DNA from: Owenia fusiformis
Taxonomy: Eukaryota
DNA: 64,000 nucleotides
Reading direction: 5' to 3'
NCBI GenBank assembly: GCA_903813345.2
Contig: CAIIXF020000001.1
Location: 36,642,001-36,706,000 of the forward strand
Shown here: positions 51,601-63,812 of the stretch, in pieces
How the letters are laid out: each line of letters begins with the position of its first letter
How positions within the stretch are numbered: position 1 is the first letter of the stretch
Notes under the pieces: generated by a model
The model's database searches: none
Seen by the model: the letters and a program-made list of their open reading frames with translations, nothing else
What the model was told of the DNA's origin: nothing
Made by a program: the position numbers and the translations under genes

Positions 51601-52558
51601 TTCAAATGCAGCGTCCACATTATAGAGCCAGGGTTCCACAAAACATCTATCACCAATGTTGACCTAAATGTTGCCAGCTTCAGGAGGTCCTACAACCAAG
51701 CACCCCAAGAGGTGAAGGATGAATATGGGGATGAGTTCATAGATGCAGGTACTGTGCTAATATGGTGCCTTTCCCAGGGTGCCAACCTATTACTCTGCCA
51801 CTATGGGGCCCATCAATTATTTTGCCACTATGGGGCCCAACCATTATTTTGCCATTATTTTGCCACTATGGGGCCCAACCATTATTTTGCCACTCTGGGG
51901 GCCATCCATTATTTTGCCACTATGGGGCCCAACCATTATTTTGCCACTATGGCTGTATGGGGCCCATCCATTATTGTATCAATATGGGTCAAACTATTCA
52001 AGAATATCAAAAATAAAAATTGTTATTTCTATGACTTTTGATTTCTATGACTTTTGATTTCTATTGAAAATATGTATCTGATATAAATAGATGTCAATGC
52101 CATTAGTATGCATCATATAAATATATATCAAAGTAATTTAATTGTATTTGTAGTATTATGTGAAATCATGCCATATGCACTTTATCCATACTAAAAAGTC
52201 AGTCTGATAGTCAGCCAATTATGAGATGGTGTATAACTCAAAGTGCAACTTCCACTCTCTGTAACTTCACCAACAGATCACTATGGTTTATGATTGTATC
52301 AAGACTCTTCTAATCTTCCTTTCAGCCTGTGGTATGATGAAGGAGAAAACAGAACAATTCCTCTCCCCCAAGTTGATGGATGTTGTGAATGCATACAGCC
52401 ACGCCCTGTTCTCTGTCTACCCAAGGAACAGATACCAAGTGGGCTCAGATTCCAAGTTATTCTTTATTCCTCTCTCCTTTATGCACTCGGCATTCCAGGA
52501 CTTTTTCTTCAGACTCTTGGCTAACAGAGATGTAAAGCCTAAGGGAGCACTGCGATAA
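48633..52558 (+). CDS. Short-chain dehydrogenase/reductase, retinol dehydrogenase/17-beta-HSD6-like (SDR9C type), ~324 aa; exons 48633-48775, 50315-50487, 50990-51251, 51585-51748, 52326-52558
   Basis: N-terminal hydrophobic anchor, KYVLITGCDTGFG nucleotide-binding motif, GLWGLVNNAG, catalytic YCISK, IIEPGFHKT, HALFSVYPRNRYQVG; phase-compatible junctions (975 nt). Exact orthologue cannot be assigned. Confidence 0.93.
49575..50270 (-). mobile_element. HINE/DINE-like element in SDR intron
   Basis: AACTAG terminus with adjacent hairpin, ~135-bp internal duplication, repeated aaaatggc(c/g)gcc motifs, (GGAC)n microsatellite at ~50221-50255. Confidence 0.65.
50558..50689. mobile_element. Short deletion derivative of the element at 1-840
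   Basis: cactggtggat / atccaccactg termini; internal gtagggcctc..gggcattacttg shared with 1-840. Confidence 0.6.
51785..51975. repeat. ~27-bp minisatellite in SDR intron
   Basis: Repeated ccattattttgccactatggggccc units. Confidence 0.9.
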
Positions 52559-54095
52559 ACAATCCTTAGGGGTCGTCACAAATGTTTTGCAATTATTCAA
52601 CAAGGAATCCAAAGTATAACAGAACAATCTACAAATCTTGTGCGATGATTTTTGAAGTGAGATTTTAAAAATAAATTTACTCATAAATGATATTGAAAAA
52701 TATGATTTTATCACCCAACCACTAAATGAAAATGTGTTGCCTAACATATGAGAGGGGAGAGGTCAATAATGACTGTATGAAAATTGGATTATGTTAATGG
52801 TAAAAGTAAAAATATAGAAAAAGTTTGCATTGACATGATGGTAATCTGTGTAAGCAATCAATGTAAATTGCTCAAAGATTTAATTTCATTAGAGCTTTAT
52901 ATACGCGTTTATACTTTCATGAAATAAAAATGGCTTTATACATGCAGGACATTAGAATAAAGCTATATGTAGAGAAAGTACATGAATGTGGACACAATGC
53001 CCCTGAAAGTATCTTGACAAAATTGTACATCATCAATAACATTCAAATTCTAGTGATTTTCATTATCACAATTCTAATACTGTTACATGTACCAAAATAT
53101 ACTTTTGCCTTTTATAAATAAAGTATGTGAATCAACACAATATCTTATTTGTTATTGTTACAAGTTGCGCTTCTCTCCTGAAATAATATACTTACATATC
53201 AAGGATTTCTTTTCCCAACCATCGGGTGTCCCAAGAGTGTACCCAAATGATATGGGAATTCCTTTGCCTAAAAAGCTAAGCTTTTCCCAAGACAAAGAGA
53301 AATAATTTTTCATTTTATCTAGTTTGGAAATATATTAATTGAATATTTAGGTTACTATACTTATAAAGGGGAGTATCATTATAATAATATAACACAAAAA
53401 GATATTGTTTACAATATACATCTATTTTACAATTTGACAAATAAAAGTATCTTAAATAATTTTATACAATTTATAATCAAACCATACATTATATACAAAT
53501 ATAATAATCAACAATAAATTGCTTTGAGAAAATGTTCAACTCCACTCCTCTCAGTTTGAATAAGAATAGTAAATGTAATATGTGACCCTTGTTGTATTGT
53601 TACAATATTAGGAAATAGGAGTATTACGTCATGAGATCGAAAGATGATTGGATAAAACATTATTTTACAAAATATACACATAGGACGTTTGACATCATTT
53701 TCTCATGAAAAAATTATAAAAATCGTAACAAGCTAATTGTGCCAACGACGGGACGGAGTCAAATGGGATGTTGCATTTTCACAAGTGTGAAGCCCCAGTG
53801 GTTAAATTCTTTATCAACATAGTTTATTACAGTTTTCTCTCACAACATAATCCCTAATAAATATCAGTTTTTATAATAAATATGTTTCAATTTATATTTT
53901 TTTGCATTCCAACTGATGTGAGTCAGAAAGGCAGTGCACTGAGCGAAATGCATGTTTATGAACTCAGTCCATATGATGGAATACATGTTGATGAACTCAG
54001 TCCATATGATGGAATGCATTCAGTCTTTTCACTTTTCACAAAATACTTCAAACTATGGGGTGATGGAGGTTTTCCATCTGTCTGATATGTGGTCT

Positions 54096-54236
54096 TCATA
54101 CTATACAATGGCATAAGGGACATGTGTGTCTTTCTGCTATTTAGTCATCATACCATAGAGTGGCATAGGGGACATGTTTGTCTGTCTGCTATTTAGTCAT
54201 CATACCATAGAGTGGCATAGGGGACATGTTTGTCTG
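54096..54236 (-). repeat. 52-bp tandem repeat (~3 copies) including the WDR35 stop codon
   Basis: tcatcataccatagagtggcataggggacatgtttgtctg at 54145 and 54197; degenerate third copy ~54096. Confidence 0.9.
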
Positions 54237-57200
54237 TTAGCAATTTGGTCCTCGTATGCTCTGTGTTTACATGTGCTACACATCCAGAACTGATAATCCA
54301 TCAATGGTCGGCCAGTAACTATACATGTTGGGAACTTTGTGTCACAACTGGAGCACATTGAAGACCTAGAAGCAAACAATAAATCGATAAACAATAAATC
54401 AAAATTGTATGTTTATTGACTACAGTATTAACAAGAATCTAAGGAACATGATACTTTTATGAAATCAAACATAACATATCAACTTTCATTATTTACACAA
54501 CTTGTGATGTAGTTTACATGTTGTATTTAGAATGACAAGATCTTTATTAAATGAAGTACGACAGTGCATACAGGGTGGGGCACAAGTGCAAACCAAGAGG
54601 CCAGGAGTCAACGAGTTTCAATCTGGTCAAGGAGATGGAGAAGTGCATAGAAGGGGGGGGGGGGTTACACAGTCTTGATGCATGTAAAATTATCATAATT
54701 GATAATTGGTAATTCAATAATCAGATAATGTTATAAATCATTTAGCATTCTAAATATAAATTCCCAGAAAGATCCCCATATATGGTCACAAAAATGTTAC
54801 AACTTTTAACTAAATTATCAAAACGATACCACTAGCTTGCCCCCAGTCCACAAAGATTACATCACCTAACATGCAAACAAGTGCCCTCCTTTTTGGATTT
54901 TTTGGAAAGTAAGTATTTATATCTGATTATATAAACAATTTCAAAACTTCAAACTGATGAAATGGTGTAAATAACATTGACATTCATAGGGTTATTTATT
55001 CTGTAAGGTTTCACTGACTCCATGTCTTTGAAAAGTTAAAGATGACATCAATTACATTTGTTGGTTTAAGTTGAAAAGTTGATCTTCGTGCATGGGGATT
55101 TACCAAAATCCACTAAGGAGCTTTTCATTAAAGCAAACAAGACATAAATACTTGCATATAGAAACCATTATAAATATCTGTGTATAAAATCCATACAACT
55201 GCAAAGAAAGTACCTACACACACACTAATAGGATATAAATAGCCAGGTATTGATCCAATAAATCCTTTGCTATTGGAACTAGAGAACAAACACAAAGAGG
55301 GGACCCTCATAGAGAGAGTAGGCGATAAATCAATAATAACCAGCCATAGCTAAGGTACAACTAAGGTACAACCAACGCATATCAAGTAAATGACATAAAA
55401 CAGATACACAAGTTGGCTGAGAAACTAGAAATACTGAATTTATGAAAGAAGATCAAAGTTTAGTTGATGACACATAAATGTATGTACAAAGTAGACAGCG
55501 AAGTAAACAGGATGAACTTAGCAAAAAGAATCAACTAAATTCACTAAATGCAATAAATGCAGTTTTTGTAATTGATACATAAATGTAACACTGGAAATGA
55601 ACACTTGATGGTTTACTACAGATATGTCTGACCAAGAAGAGGATAGATGTATTGAAAGTACAGAGAATGGAGATAACTTCAATATAAGGAGTGTAGAACA
55701 TGGAGAAGAAACTGATAGTCCTGTAATACTAAACACTGATGGAATATTTGTGAGCAGAAGTGACAATTTGACAATAGAGAACTATGCCACTTCATCAATT
55801 GTCTATAACCACTCTGAACATGAGAGAAATGACAGGGTTATGCCATTTAGTAATATTGAGAGATCTCTACATACAGGTGTTCCATCAATTTACAACATGG
55901 ATAGTGTAGGAGAAATCACAATGAATCATTGTGGTACACAAACTTCAGATGCTTTGAATAGACAAGATGATATGGAGGAAATACCATCAAACGACTGTGA
56001 TACACAATCATCCACTTCTAATAACCCATCTTTGACTAGACAAGATAGTACAGAAGATTTGACATTTAATCACTTTGACAGTGAAACACAATTTACAGCT
56101 GCTGATATCATATCCTTAAATAGGATGGACCAAATGGCATTATCACCCGATGCCGAACGTTCTTTACCAAGACAACATACTGATGATGTGCCCACTACCT
56201 CAAGTATTTTCTATGCAAATTCTAGCCATGACACGGACTCACAATCATCCAATAGTATCAAAACATTATCAAACATACAAGAACATGAAAGTGATTGGGA
56301 GACTGCATCCAGCAATTTATCCTCATTGCAAGACCCTCCTACAAGTTCAAATAATGCCATTAATCCTACAGCAAGCAATCTAATTATTCATGAGGAGGAC
56401 ACAAGACCAAGTGCTCAACATGCAGAAGACAGGTGTATCCCTCAATGCTTTCTGATTGATACACATAATAGTGAAAGTGATAGTGATAGTACAATAGACA
56501 GGACTTCTGACTGGGAATTCTTACTTACACCAGCTGTTACAACACACACAGATGACACAGTGTCCCAGTCTATAAATTATACCCAAACAAATAATGATGC
56601 CAGAACCTTACCACCGATTCATCAGGAAGTCAACCTGACTGAAGATGGAGCTCAAGCACAGATGAATAATACCTCAAATGTTCAACATGCATTTCTGTTA
56701 CCATGGCCAGAAGGAAATAATAGTACTGATAGAGTAGTAAGATGGGTAGAAAACACCATGGCTGAATCTGGTACCAACTTTCCTCAACAAACTCAGCCAG
56801 CAGGTAACAGTGATTTGGAAAACAGAAACAGGGAAATTTGGAACATTCGTAATCCTCCTTCTGTCTCAGCCCTTCCCGGTAATGGCCCTTTAATATCCAG
56901 CTCTGAGAACAGTTCTACAACAAGTGTTGAGAGTTGGTTGGCTGATTTCATTAACCAAACAGCTCAAGATACGCCAGCAGGCCAAGTGAGGGAAAACATT
57001 GCCAGACCTTTGATTACAACCCAGAATGAGGAAAGAAGGCATATATACAGTATTGACAATAGAGGCTTTGATGATCACGACCTACCTACATATACAGATA
57101 TTGTTAATAATCCAACATTGTATAGTGTCCCTAAACCACCCTCATACAATGATGCAATGTCTGGATCATTTAATCTTACACCGATAACACTGTCAGTTGA

Positions 57201-60200
57201 GGAAATGGTGGCAAGATGGATGACACGAGATGTCACAGATAGGGGAACACAATCCAATCCTCAACCTCAAGAAGCTGAGTCTGCAAACCAAACTGATCCC
57301 CCCGAAGTTGTGGTTGAACCAAATTGCCATGAATCTCTCATACAAAACCTCAACAGGAACTTACAAGCACACAGAGAAAGGATATATGAGTGGTTGACAC
57401 AATCTGATAACTTTAATGATAATTTTCAGCGAAGCCATGGGAAAGATTTTTTAACTACATGCAAGTTTGCGACATTCATTGGTTGGAGTTTCTTCTTTCT
57501 CCAAATCGCAGTAATTGCTGAGCATGTGGCCATGTGGAACTGTTTTCATGGATTCATAGTGACTATAACTATTTTCCCGATGTGGGTTTTTCTAGGTAAA
57601 GTGGAAAATTTATCAACAGGGAAAAAGAGGATTCTCAGTTTTAAATTCGCATCCCTGTTATTACATATTTTTCTATTGGAAAGTCTGGCAATAATTGCCA
57701 TATCAGCTTATGGCATGTATGTGGACAGATATAGAGGAACACATATTTATGGAAAGTCATGCACCAATGGCTTTTTGGACAGTGACAGAGATCTCATGTG
57801 TGAGAATATAACCCTTGAAACAAATGAAACAACGACACATGCTTATCGATTAGGTTTAAACCAAAAGCAGCAATTCAACCTTGCATTTGTAGTCATTGCT
57901 TATATTGAGTGTTTCCTGATTTCATGTGCATTACTTAATAGATATCATCATATTAAAAAACACCCAGCATTTGAATATCCAGAGCCTTTGAAAGGATTCG
58001 TAGGACTTGGCATGTGGTTAGCCATTACACCTGTTAACTTAGTGGTACTGAGCATTGTGGCTCTAGTATTTCAACCATCTCTGTATATGTGGTGCCCAGG
58101 ACTGTGGGGGTCTATTGCTATAATTATACCAGGGATTCTATCGCACAACATTGCTGTGAAGAAAGAGAATGGACGGACAGTTGATATGTTTAAGCAACTT
58201 CTATTTTTTAGTTGGATAAGTTTAATAGCTTGTGTGGCAATTATTGGAATAGCAGCAGGGGGCATTCATTCTGACAAAGAACTTCATGTCTATGGCGTTC
58301 CCTGTGATACCTTTTATATCAAATATTACCATTATACATGTGAGGAAGTTAATCTAAATATAACTGACAATATAGGGGATGATATCACACATAATGATGT
58401 CACACAGAGTGTTGATGACATAGCTCTGTGTAGTACATGTACAACTACACATAATTTAGAACATTCAAGTGATCATCACAACCAAACTGAACCTCATGCT
58501 TATCTAAAGGGCTGGAACTATAAACAAACAATTAATTTGATGACACTGTTACTGGGCATTCTGCATCTTTTCATGTCTGGCATTGTAATAGATAGTGGAA
58601 GCAAATATCTAAAAACCTTACTTATTGACTAGGTCAATATTTAGACTACTTTATTCCATTTCATATATCACAGGATGAGATATGCAAGGCTCTGCTTAAT
58701 CAACAATCTGAGAGTAGCTCAGTTTAAATATCATTAGGACAGTTATAATGTTAATATTCTTTTTTAATATGCGATGAAAAAATCAGCTGGAAATAACCAA
58801 TAGAATCATTAGACCAGTGTTAACTCAATCCCTTAACATGTAAATATAAATATCAAATTAAAGTTCTTAACATGCACCTATGATGTCTTGTTAATACAAG
58901 AGAATACATATACATGTAGACTCATTTTATATGCACACTAGATGCAAAACTCAGTGCAGCTCAGAAGAATACAATACAATACATTTATGATTTTTTTATC
59001 ATTTTGTATATTTTCTTACTTCAAATACAGATTTTGTATAAGCCTGAATAAATATAGATCATATTCTAAACGTTATGGCAAATGTCTTGTTAACTAACTC
59101 AGTAATTGCAATATCATAATCTTTAAACATTGCATGACAATCTTTTTCAAAGAGATAGATTTATTCATGAGTGTTCAATTCATTAAAGTGGATATCTGTA
59201 TCTATGATTTTGATGAATTGATACATTTCATCTTTATAACTATACCCATTTAATGAGACTTCATAGATCTCCATTGAAAAAATACTGAAACAATTCTGAA
59301 ATGAATTATTGTAACCATGTATTAAGTATGATGTCACAGTAGACTCAGGAACTTAAGTTTATGAAAGCTACTAACAGTAAATGGCAGCACTGACTGATTA
59401 ATAAATATTGCTTGCAATTTTATCACCCCATTTCACAGATTCTACCTTTAACAGTTTCAAAAGAGTTTACAACACTTACCAGTCAGGCATGAGACTATCA
59501 CAGTTGGGGCATTCTGTCTTGTTGCTTCTGGTGTCCTTAGGTGCATGTCTGGAATAGATAATAACAACATAGTTTAGTGTATTATGTTTAAAAAAGCTGT
59601 CTAACCCATCCCCAAAGTAAAAATCTTTTGCAATGCCACTGACTGACCGACTGACTGACAAAATACTTTAATATCAAACTTTGTTCATCAGGATAATTAT
59701 GAAAAATAAAAAAACTTACCTTGTAAATATTTCAAGAGCAAGTTCTTCAAACTGTTCTTTGCGCTCTTCCTGTATATTCTCGAGAGACTCCAGCTTTATG
59801 AATGCCTTAGAACATCCTCCAAATGCCCTGTTAGCACTGGCTGTCAATGCTGAATAGTCAATGTTAATACTCAGGATACATATACATGAATAATACACAA
59901 TACAATGAAGAAATATGAGCATACATTTAATATTTATGTTTCAATATGGAAGAGACAGAGTGTATTTAAATAGTAACAAGTATCTTAACAAAAGTAACTA
60001 GTACCTTAACAAAAGTAACTAGTATCAATGGGGATACATTGTGTTATTAAATGAATATACTGATGTCCATTGTTTTATGGTAAAGTCACTTACCAAGGAG
60101 AGAGTATATATCAGCTGGGTCCATCATATCATCAAACTCTGTTAGTTGTAGGGCTGTCTTCATGGCTAAATCAACATACCCTGAAATATGGACATATGTG

Positions 60201-63200
60201 GGTTAGCCTTTAGTATGGAGGACGTATTCAACTTCAGATGAATACAATACATAAGGGATGAATGAAATGACCCTCAATAGGGTGAGCCACTGGCCGGAAG
60301 ATTTCCCTGGCCTACAGTCAGGAAAGGTGTAATAAAACAATGAGTTTAATTATCATAAACAAATCTTGGTAGTTAAATTTCCTCATTGGCTAACTGTATC
60401 CACCTAATTGACCCAAATATTTCTTTCTTAGATTCGATCAATGAATATACAGGGTGGGCCAAAAAAAACGCCACTTTTTTTTCAAAATGCTATAACTTTT
60501 TTAATTCTTGGTTCAAAATCATAATTTGCATACCAAATGAAACTTGAGGTTGTTATCTACACATGAATCATGAATTATACACTTTCATTGAATAAAATAT
60601 GTCACCAGCGTCTCACTTAAACATGTGGTGTGCCATAAGAAATAAGCATAATTTGCAAAATGTTCCTGAACTGATATGGCCTGATGACCACCAAGCTAAT
60701 AGCCCTGATGCAAACCCAAGTGAGTATAGGGTATGGGAATGTCTCCAGGAGATTGTATTAAGGCACCCAATCAAAAAAATTGCTCAACTAAAGCTGGCTA
60801 TTAAGACATGTTGAAAACAATTTAGCTAACATTCCATTGATACTGCTACATCAGCAAGGCAACTAAAACTAAAATCTATCATCAAATAGGGTGACAGACC
60901 AATTGAACTCCTCTTTTAGATCAAATATTATCCAAGTTGAAGGACTTGTTACATCATATTATTACTAAGAACCCCTGACACTATATAACTGCAAAGTTTG
61001 GGGTATGTAGGTTGGAAAATAAAAAAGTTATAGTGTCTTGAAAAAAAGTGGCGTTTTTTTTGGCCCACCCTGTAAATGTAAAATTGGAAAACATCACTGA
61101 TAATATTAGGAATATTGGTAACAGTGAGCTTATGAGTAGATTTATCCCAATTTCCTTCCAAAATCATTTTAACCTTACATTATGTGACATTGGGGAGTTA
61201 AAGTTCATTAAGGTCCATTCAAAATGTGATAACATCATAACCAACATCATAATGCTTGACCTGCTGACTATCACAATTATTTCTTACCATCATAAAGCTG
61301 TTTCTGAGCAAGCAAAAAGAAATGATAGGCCTCTGCTCCTCTCCAGGCATTATCTATAATCTTTGTATCACTTAGTGATGTCACATCTTCCTCTAGAAGT
61401 CCAGCTAGAGCAGATGTAGTCTACAATACAACACAGAACACTTTCATTATTGGCTAACATATAAAACAGAGCTATAATGAACTATACAGCAAGAGATGAG
61501 ATTAAAAACCCAAGTAAAAAATGAGTCCAACACCTTTCCCTACAGTTGTACAGTAGAGGGTGATGTAGTGAATGAGTTCTCTTTGCTCAAATCTCAATGA
61601 AAGAATAGCAAAACGTATATGTATTTGCACTGTGCAGCATATATTGTACAGTACTAGTATTTACCTCAGATCTCTTGTCTTTGCCCTTTCTAGAGCTGTG
61701 TTTCATATGTTCATGGTATCGCTCCACTAGCAAAGCAGCGAGGACGTACAGTTTCTTCACCCTCATTGGCTTACTCTTTTTGTCAGCCTCTACCTTGGCA
61801 ATCTGAAAAATTAAAAGATGTCACCACGTGTCACAATAAGTAGTTCCCAAATGATTACAATAGTGTAACAATTTGTTACAGATGCTGAACACCAATGCCC
61901 TACACTGACATTGGCAGTGACACTGATGGTGGCTACAAAAATTTGTCATTATTTCTTGGTTTTGACATCAAAGAATATTCAAATCTAAATGTTATTGGTA
62001 TTTCTAGCACTAATAAGGGTTTCAGTAATGACAAACTACCACATTCTGCAGAGTCAAATTCAAAGTCTGATCTCATGCAAGTTCACATTTTGAATTTTTA
62101 TCCTGTTTCTGTAACACAACTCTACTGGGCTGATTCAATGGCAAGTGATTTAATCAGATTTTGTATAATCTAAAATGTATAATATGGTATCAAAAATTGT
62201 TTTTTAATAGAAACTCACATCAAAAAGTAATCTGGCTGCCTCCAAATAGCGGCTGGCTTTTCTGTACAACTCTATAGCATTGAGTTTCTTGTCTTTCTCC
62301 AGTAGGTGCTGAGCATATTTTGCCAGTAAGCCATCAATTTCTTTGACATTGTGTTTCTTGGCTAAGTCTATAGCCTGGTTCCACTGGTTCAGGTGCACAC
62401 AAGCATCTATAGCCTGCTTAACTCTAGTACACTGTAAGTCAATCAGAAATAGATGAATTAAAGAAAGCCTCTGAAAACTGTAATCAACTATATTCAAATG
62501 CATCGTGTGGGTCTATCATGGAACCTCAGTTTCTTTGTGGCAATCATCCACCATTTGAAGTCATTTGTTTCATATTTGCTAAAAATCCTGAATACAAAGT
62601 TATTTTTGGAGACATTTTATGAACTTGCCACAAATGCCACAATAACAATTGATGTGAGTTTTGATAAGTGCAAACTAAATGTTTTTAAAAAATCGTGTAT
62701 ACCTTAGTATATGCTTCCACTGCAGGTTCACACATGCCCACCGTGACAAACATGTGACCAATCTCCTGGAAAAACATTACACAATATTTACTGGTACTGT
62801 TATAAGACTCTTCAAAATGTGAGGTACAACTGTTAATTCTACACAAATTTGGAACATCAGAGAGACCTCCAACTTCATGTGCATATAATTATTACTTATA
62901 TGTAAAGATGTGATGGATTTCTGGTAAGTTACTAGCATCATCTCTGGTCTAGACTAATCAAGGTACAAAAATAACCCTTAATGTCCATGAAATGACTTAC
63001 TGGCAAAAGGCGGTGATTTTCTGGCAAATTAGCCACCATTTTCTCCAATCCTGAGTAGTCCTCCAGCATGTAGTAACACTCAGACAACCTTTCCTGGTTC
63101 CTGCCCTGGAGATAGTAGGTGACAGCCTGCTGCCTGCAAATACATGAGCATTATGCAATGGCTGGTTTTGGATATCGGGTTTATCCTAAGGAAAATATAT

Positions 63201-63812
63201 GTCTCTCTCAAAGGACCACAGGCTGAATCCTATATCTAATGTCAAACATAATCGGTTAATGAAAACAGGGTTTATCTTTGCTATGATGGCTTTATGGATA
63301 AGGCCTTGGGATCTTATTGCCTACCATTTTTGTCTATCAGCATAGTAGTTTCCAATAGCATTCCAAGCCTCCTCTAGCTGAACATCATCACCCCCTCCTG
63401 CCCCTGTCTTCAACAGTTGGACAACACGGAACCAGTCACCTAACTTCTTACGTAAACTCACAGCCAAGTCCCTGAATAACATTTATATGCATACATGTAC
63501 AATCTATTCTGAATACATGTTTACTCTCTTGCAATAGAGTATTCAGAATACATGTATTTTCTTTATTAAATGACCTTTATGAACATGACTTTGCTAATGG
63601 AAAATGGTCACGAGGCATATTTTGAATCATATAGAAATCTTCGTCAAAACAATTTTCTTAATTTCTAAATTATGATTGAGAAATATGACATAAGAAACAG
63701 ACTGCAGATATTCTATTATTCTGTACCTTCTATCCATGTCCAAATATGTTCTCTCAGCCTCTTCAAACCTTTTGAAATATGCTGCAACTTCAGCTTGCTT
63801 CATTGAATCATT
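54200..63812 (-). CDS. WDR35: WD repeat-containing protein 35 / IFT121 (IFT-A), 3' part only; exons 63812-63727, 63471-63325, 63133-63001, 62765-62703, 62431-62219, 61802-61665, 61420-61288, 60180-60094, 59849-59720, 59548-59480, 54365-54200
   Basis: [88 protein letters not shown] and C-terminal zinc-binding [24 protein letters not shown]. Gene continues beyond the window end. Confidence 0.96.
55624..58632 (+). CDS. Intronless 1002-aa multi-pass membrane protein (long disordered N-terminus, ~8 TM helices as two 4TM repeats, tentatively MS4A/CD20-like), nested antisense in last WDR35 intron
   Basis: 3009-nt open frame inside the WDR35 intron 54366-59479; hydrophobic segments from ~aa 610; LPTY and PPSY motifs; AATAAA at 59047; no RT or transposase motifs. 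The family call is pattern-based only. Confidence 0.85.
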   Translation: MSDQEEDRCIESTENGDNFNIRSVEHGEETDSPVILNTDGIFVSRSDNLTIENYATSSIVYNHSEHERNDRVMPFSNIERSLHTGVPSIYNMDSVGEITMNHCGTQTSDALNRQDDMEEIPSNDCDTQSSTSNNPSLTRQDSTEDLTFNHFDSETQFTAADIISLNRMDQMALSPDAERSLPRQHTDDVPTTSSIFYANSSHDTDSQSSNSIKTLSNIQEHESDWETASSNLSSLQDPPTSSNNAINPTASNLIIHEEDTRPSAQHAEDRCIPQCFLIDTHNSESDSDSTIDRTSDWEFLLTPAVTTHTDDTVSQSINYTQTNNDARTLPPIHQEVNLTEDGAQAQMNNTSNVQHAFLLPWPEGNNSTDRVVRWVENTMAESGTNFPQQTQPAGNSDLENRNREIWNIRNPPSVSALPGNGPLISSSENSSTTSVESWLADFINQTAQDTPAGQVRENIARPLITTQNEERRHIYSIDNRGFDDHDLPTYTDIVNNPTLYSVPKPPSYNDAMSGSFNLTPITLSVEEMVARWMTRDVTDRGTQSNPQPQEAESANQTDPPEVVVEPNCHESLIQNLNRNLQAHRERIYEWLTQSDNFNDNFQRSHGKDFLTTCKFATFIGWSFFFLQIAVIAEHVAMWNCFHGFIVTITIFPMWVFLGKVENLSTGKKRILSFKFASLLLHIFLLESLAIIAISAYGMYVDRYRGTHIYGKSCTNGFLDSDRDLMCENITLETNETTTHAYRLGLNQKQQFNLAFVVIAYIECFLISCALLNRYHHIKKHPAFEYPEPLKGFVGLGMWLAITPVNLVVLSIVALVFQPSLYMWCPGLWGSIAIIIPGILSHNIAVKKENGRTVDMFKQLLFFSWISLIACVAIIGIAAGGIHSDKELHVYGVPCDTFYIKYYHYTCEEVNLNITDNIGDDITHNDVTQSVDDIALCSTCTTTHNLEHSSDHHNQTEPHAYLKGWNYKQTINLMTLLLGILHLFMSGIVIDSGSKYLKTLLID
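60450..61072 (+). mobile_element. Internally deleted Tc1/mariner element with transposase remnant
   Basis: TA-flanked TIR CAGGGTGGGCCAAAAAAAACGCCACTTTTTT; remnant peptide [18 protein letters not shown] resembles the Tc1/mariner SPDLNPI..VW motif. Confidence 0.88.

Noticed and set aside
51749..52057. Three overlapping repeat-peptide ORFs
   Set aside because: Intronic minisatellite after the SDR donor at 51748.
55624..58632. Retroelement, viral or GPCR identity for the nested ORF
   Set aside because: No RT/integrase/protease motifs, no LTR/TIR seen, no rhodopsin-type DRY/NPxxY pattern; 2x4 internal symmetry fits better.
60599..60814. Active transposase gene
   Set aside because: Short degenerate remnant inside a 623-bp TIR element.
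4099..63812. Functional cluster linking KEAP1, YTHDC1, SDR and WDR35
   Set aside because: Unrelated pathways; adjacency alone is not evidence in an animal genome.
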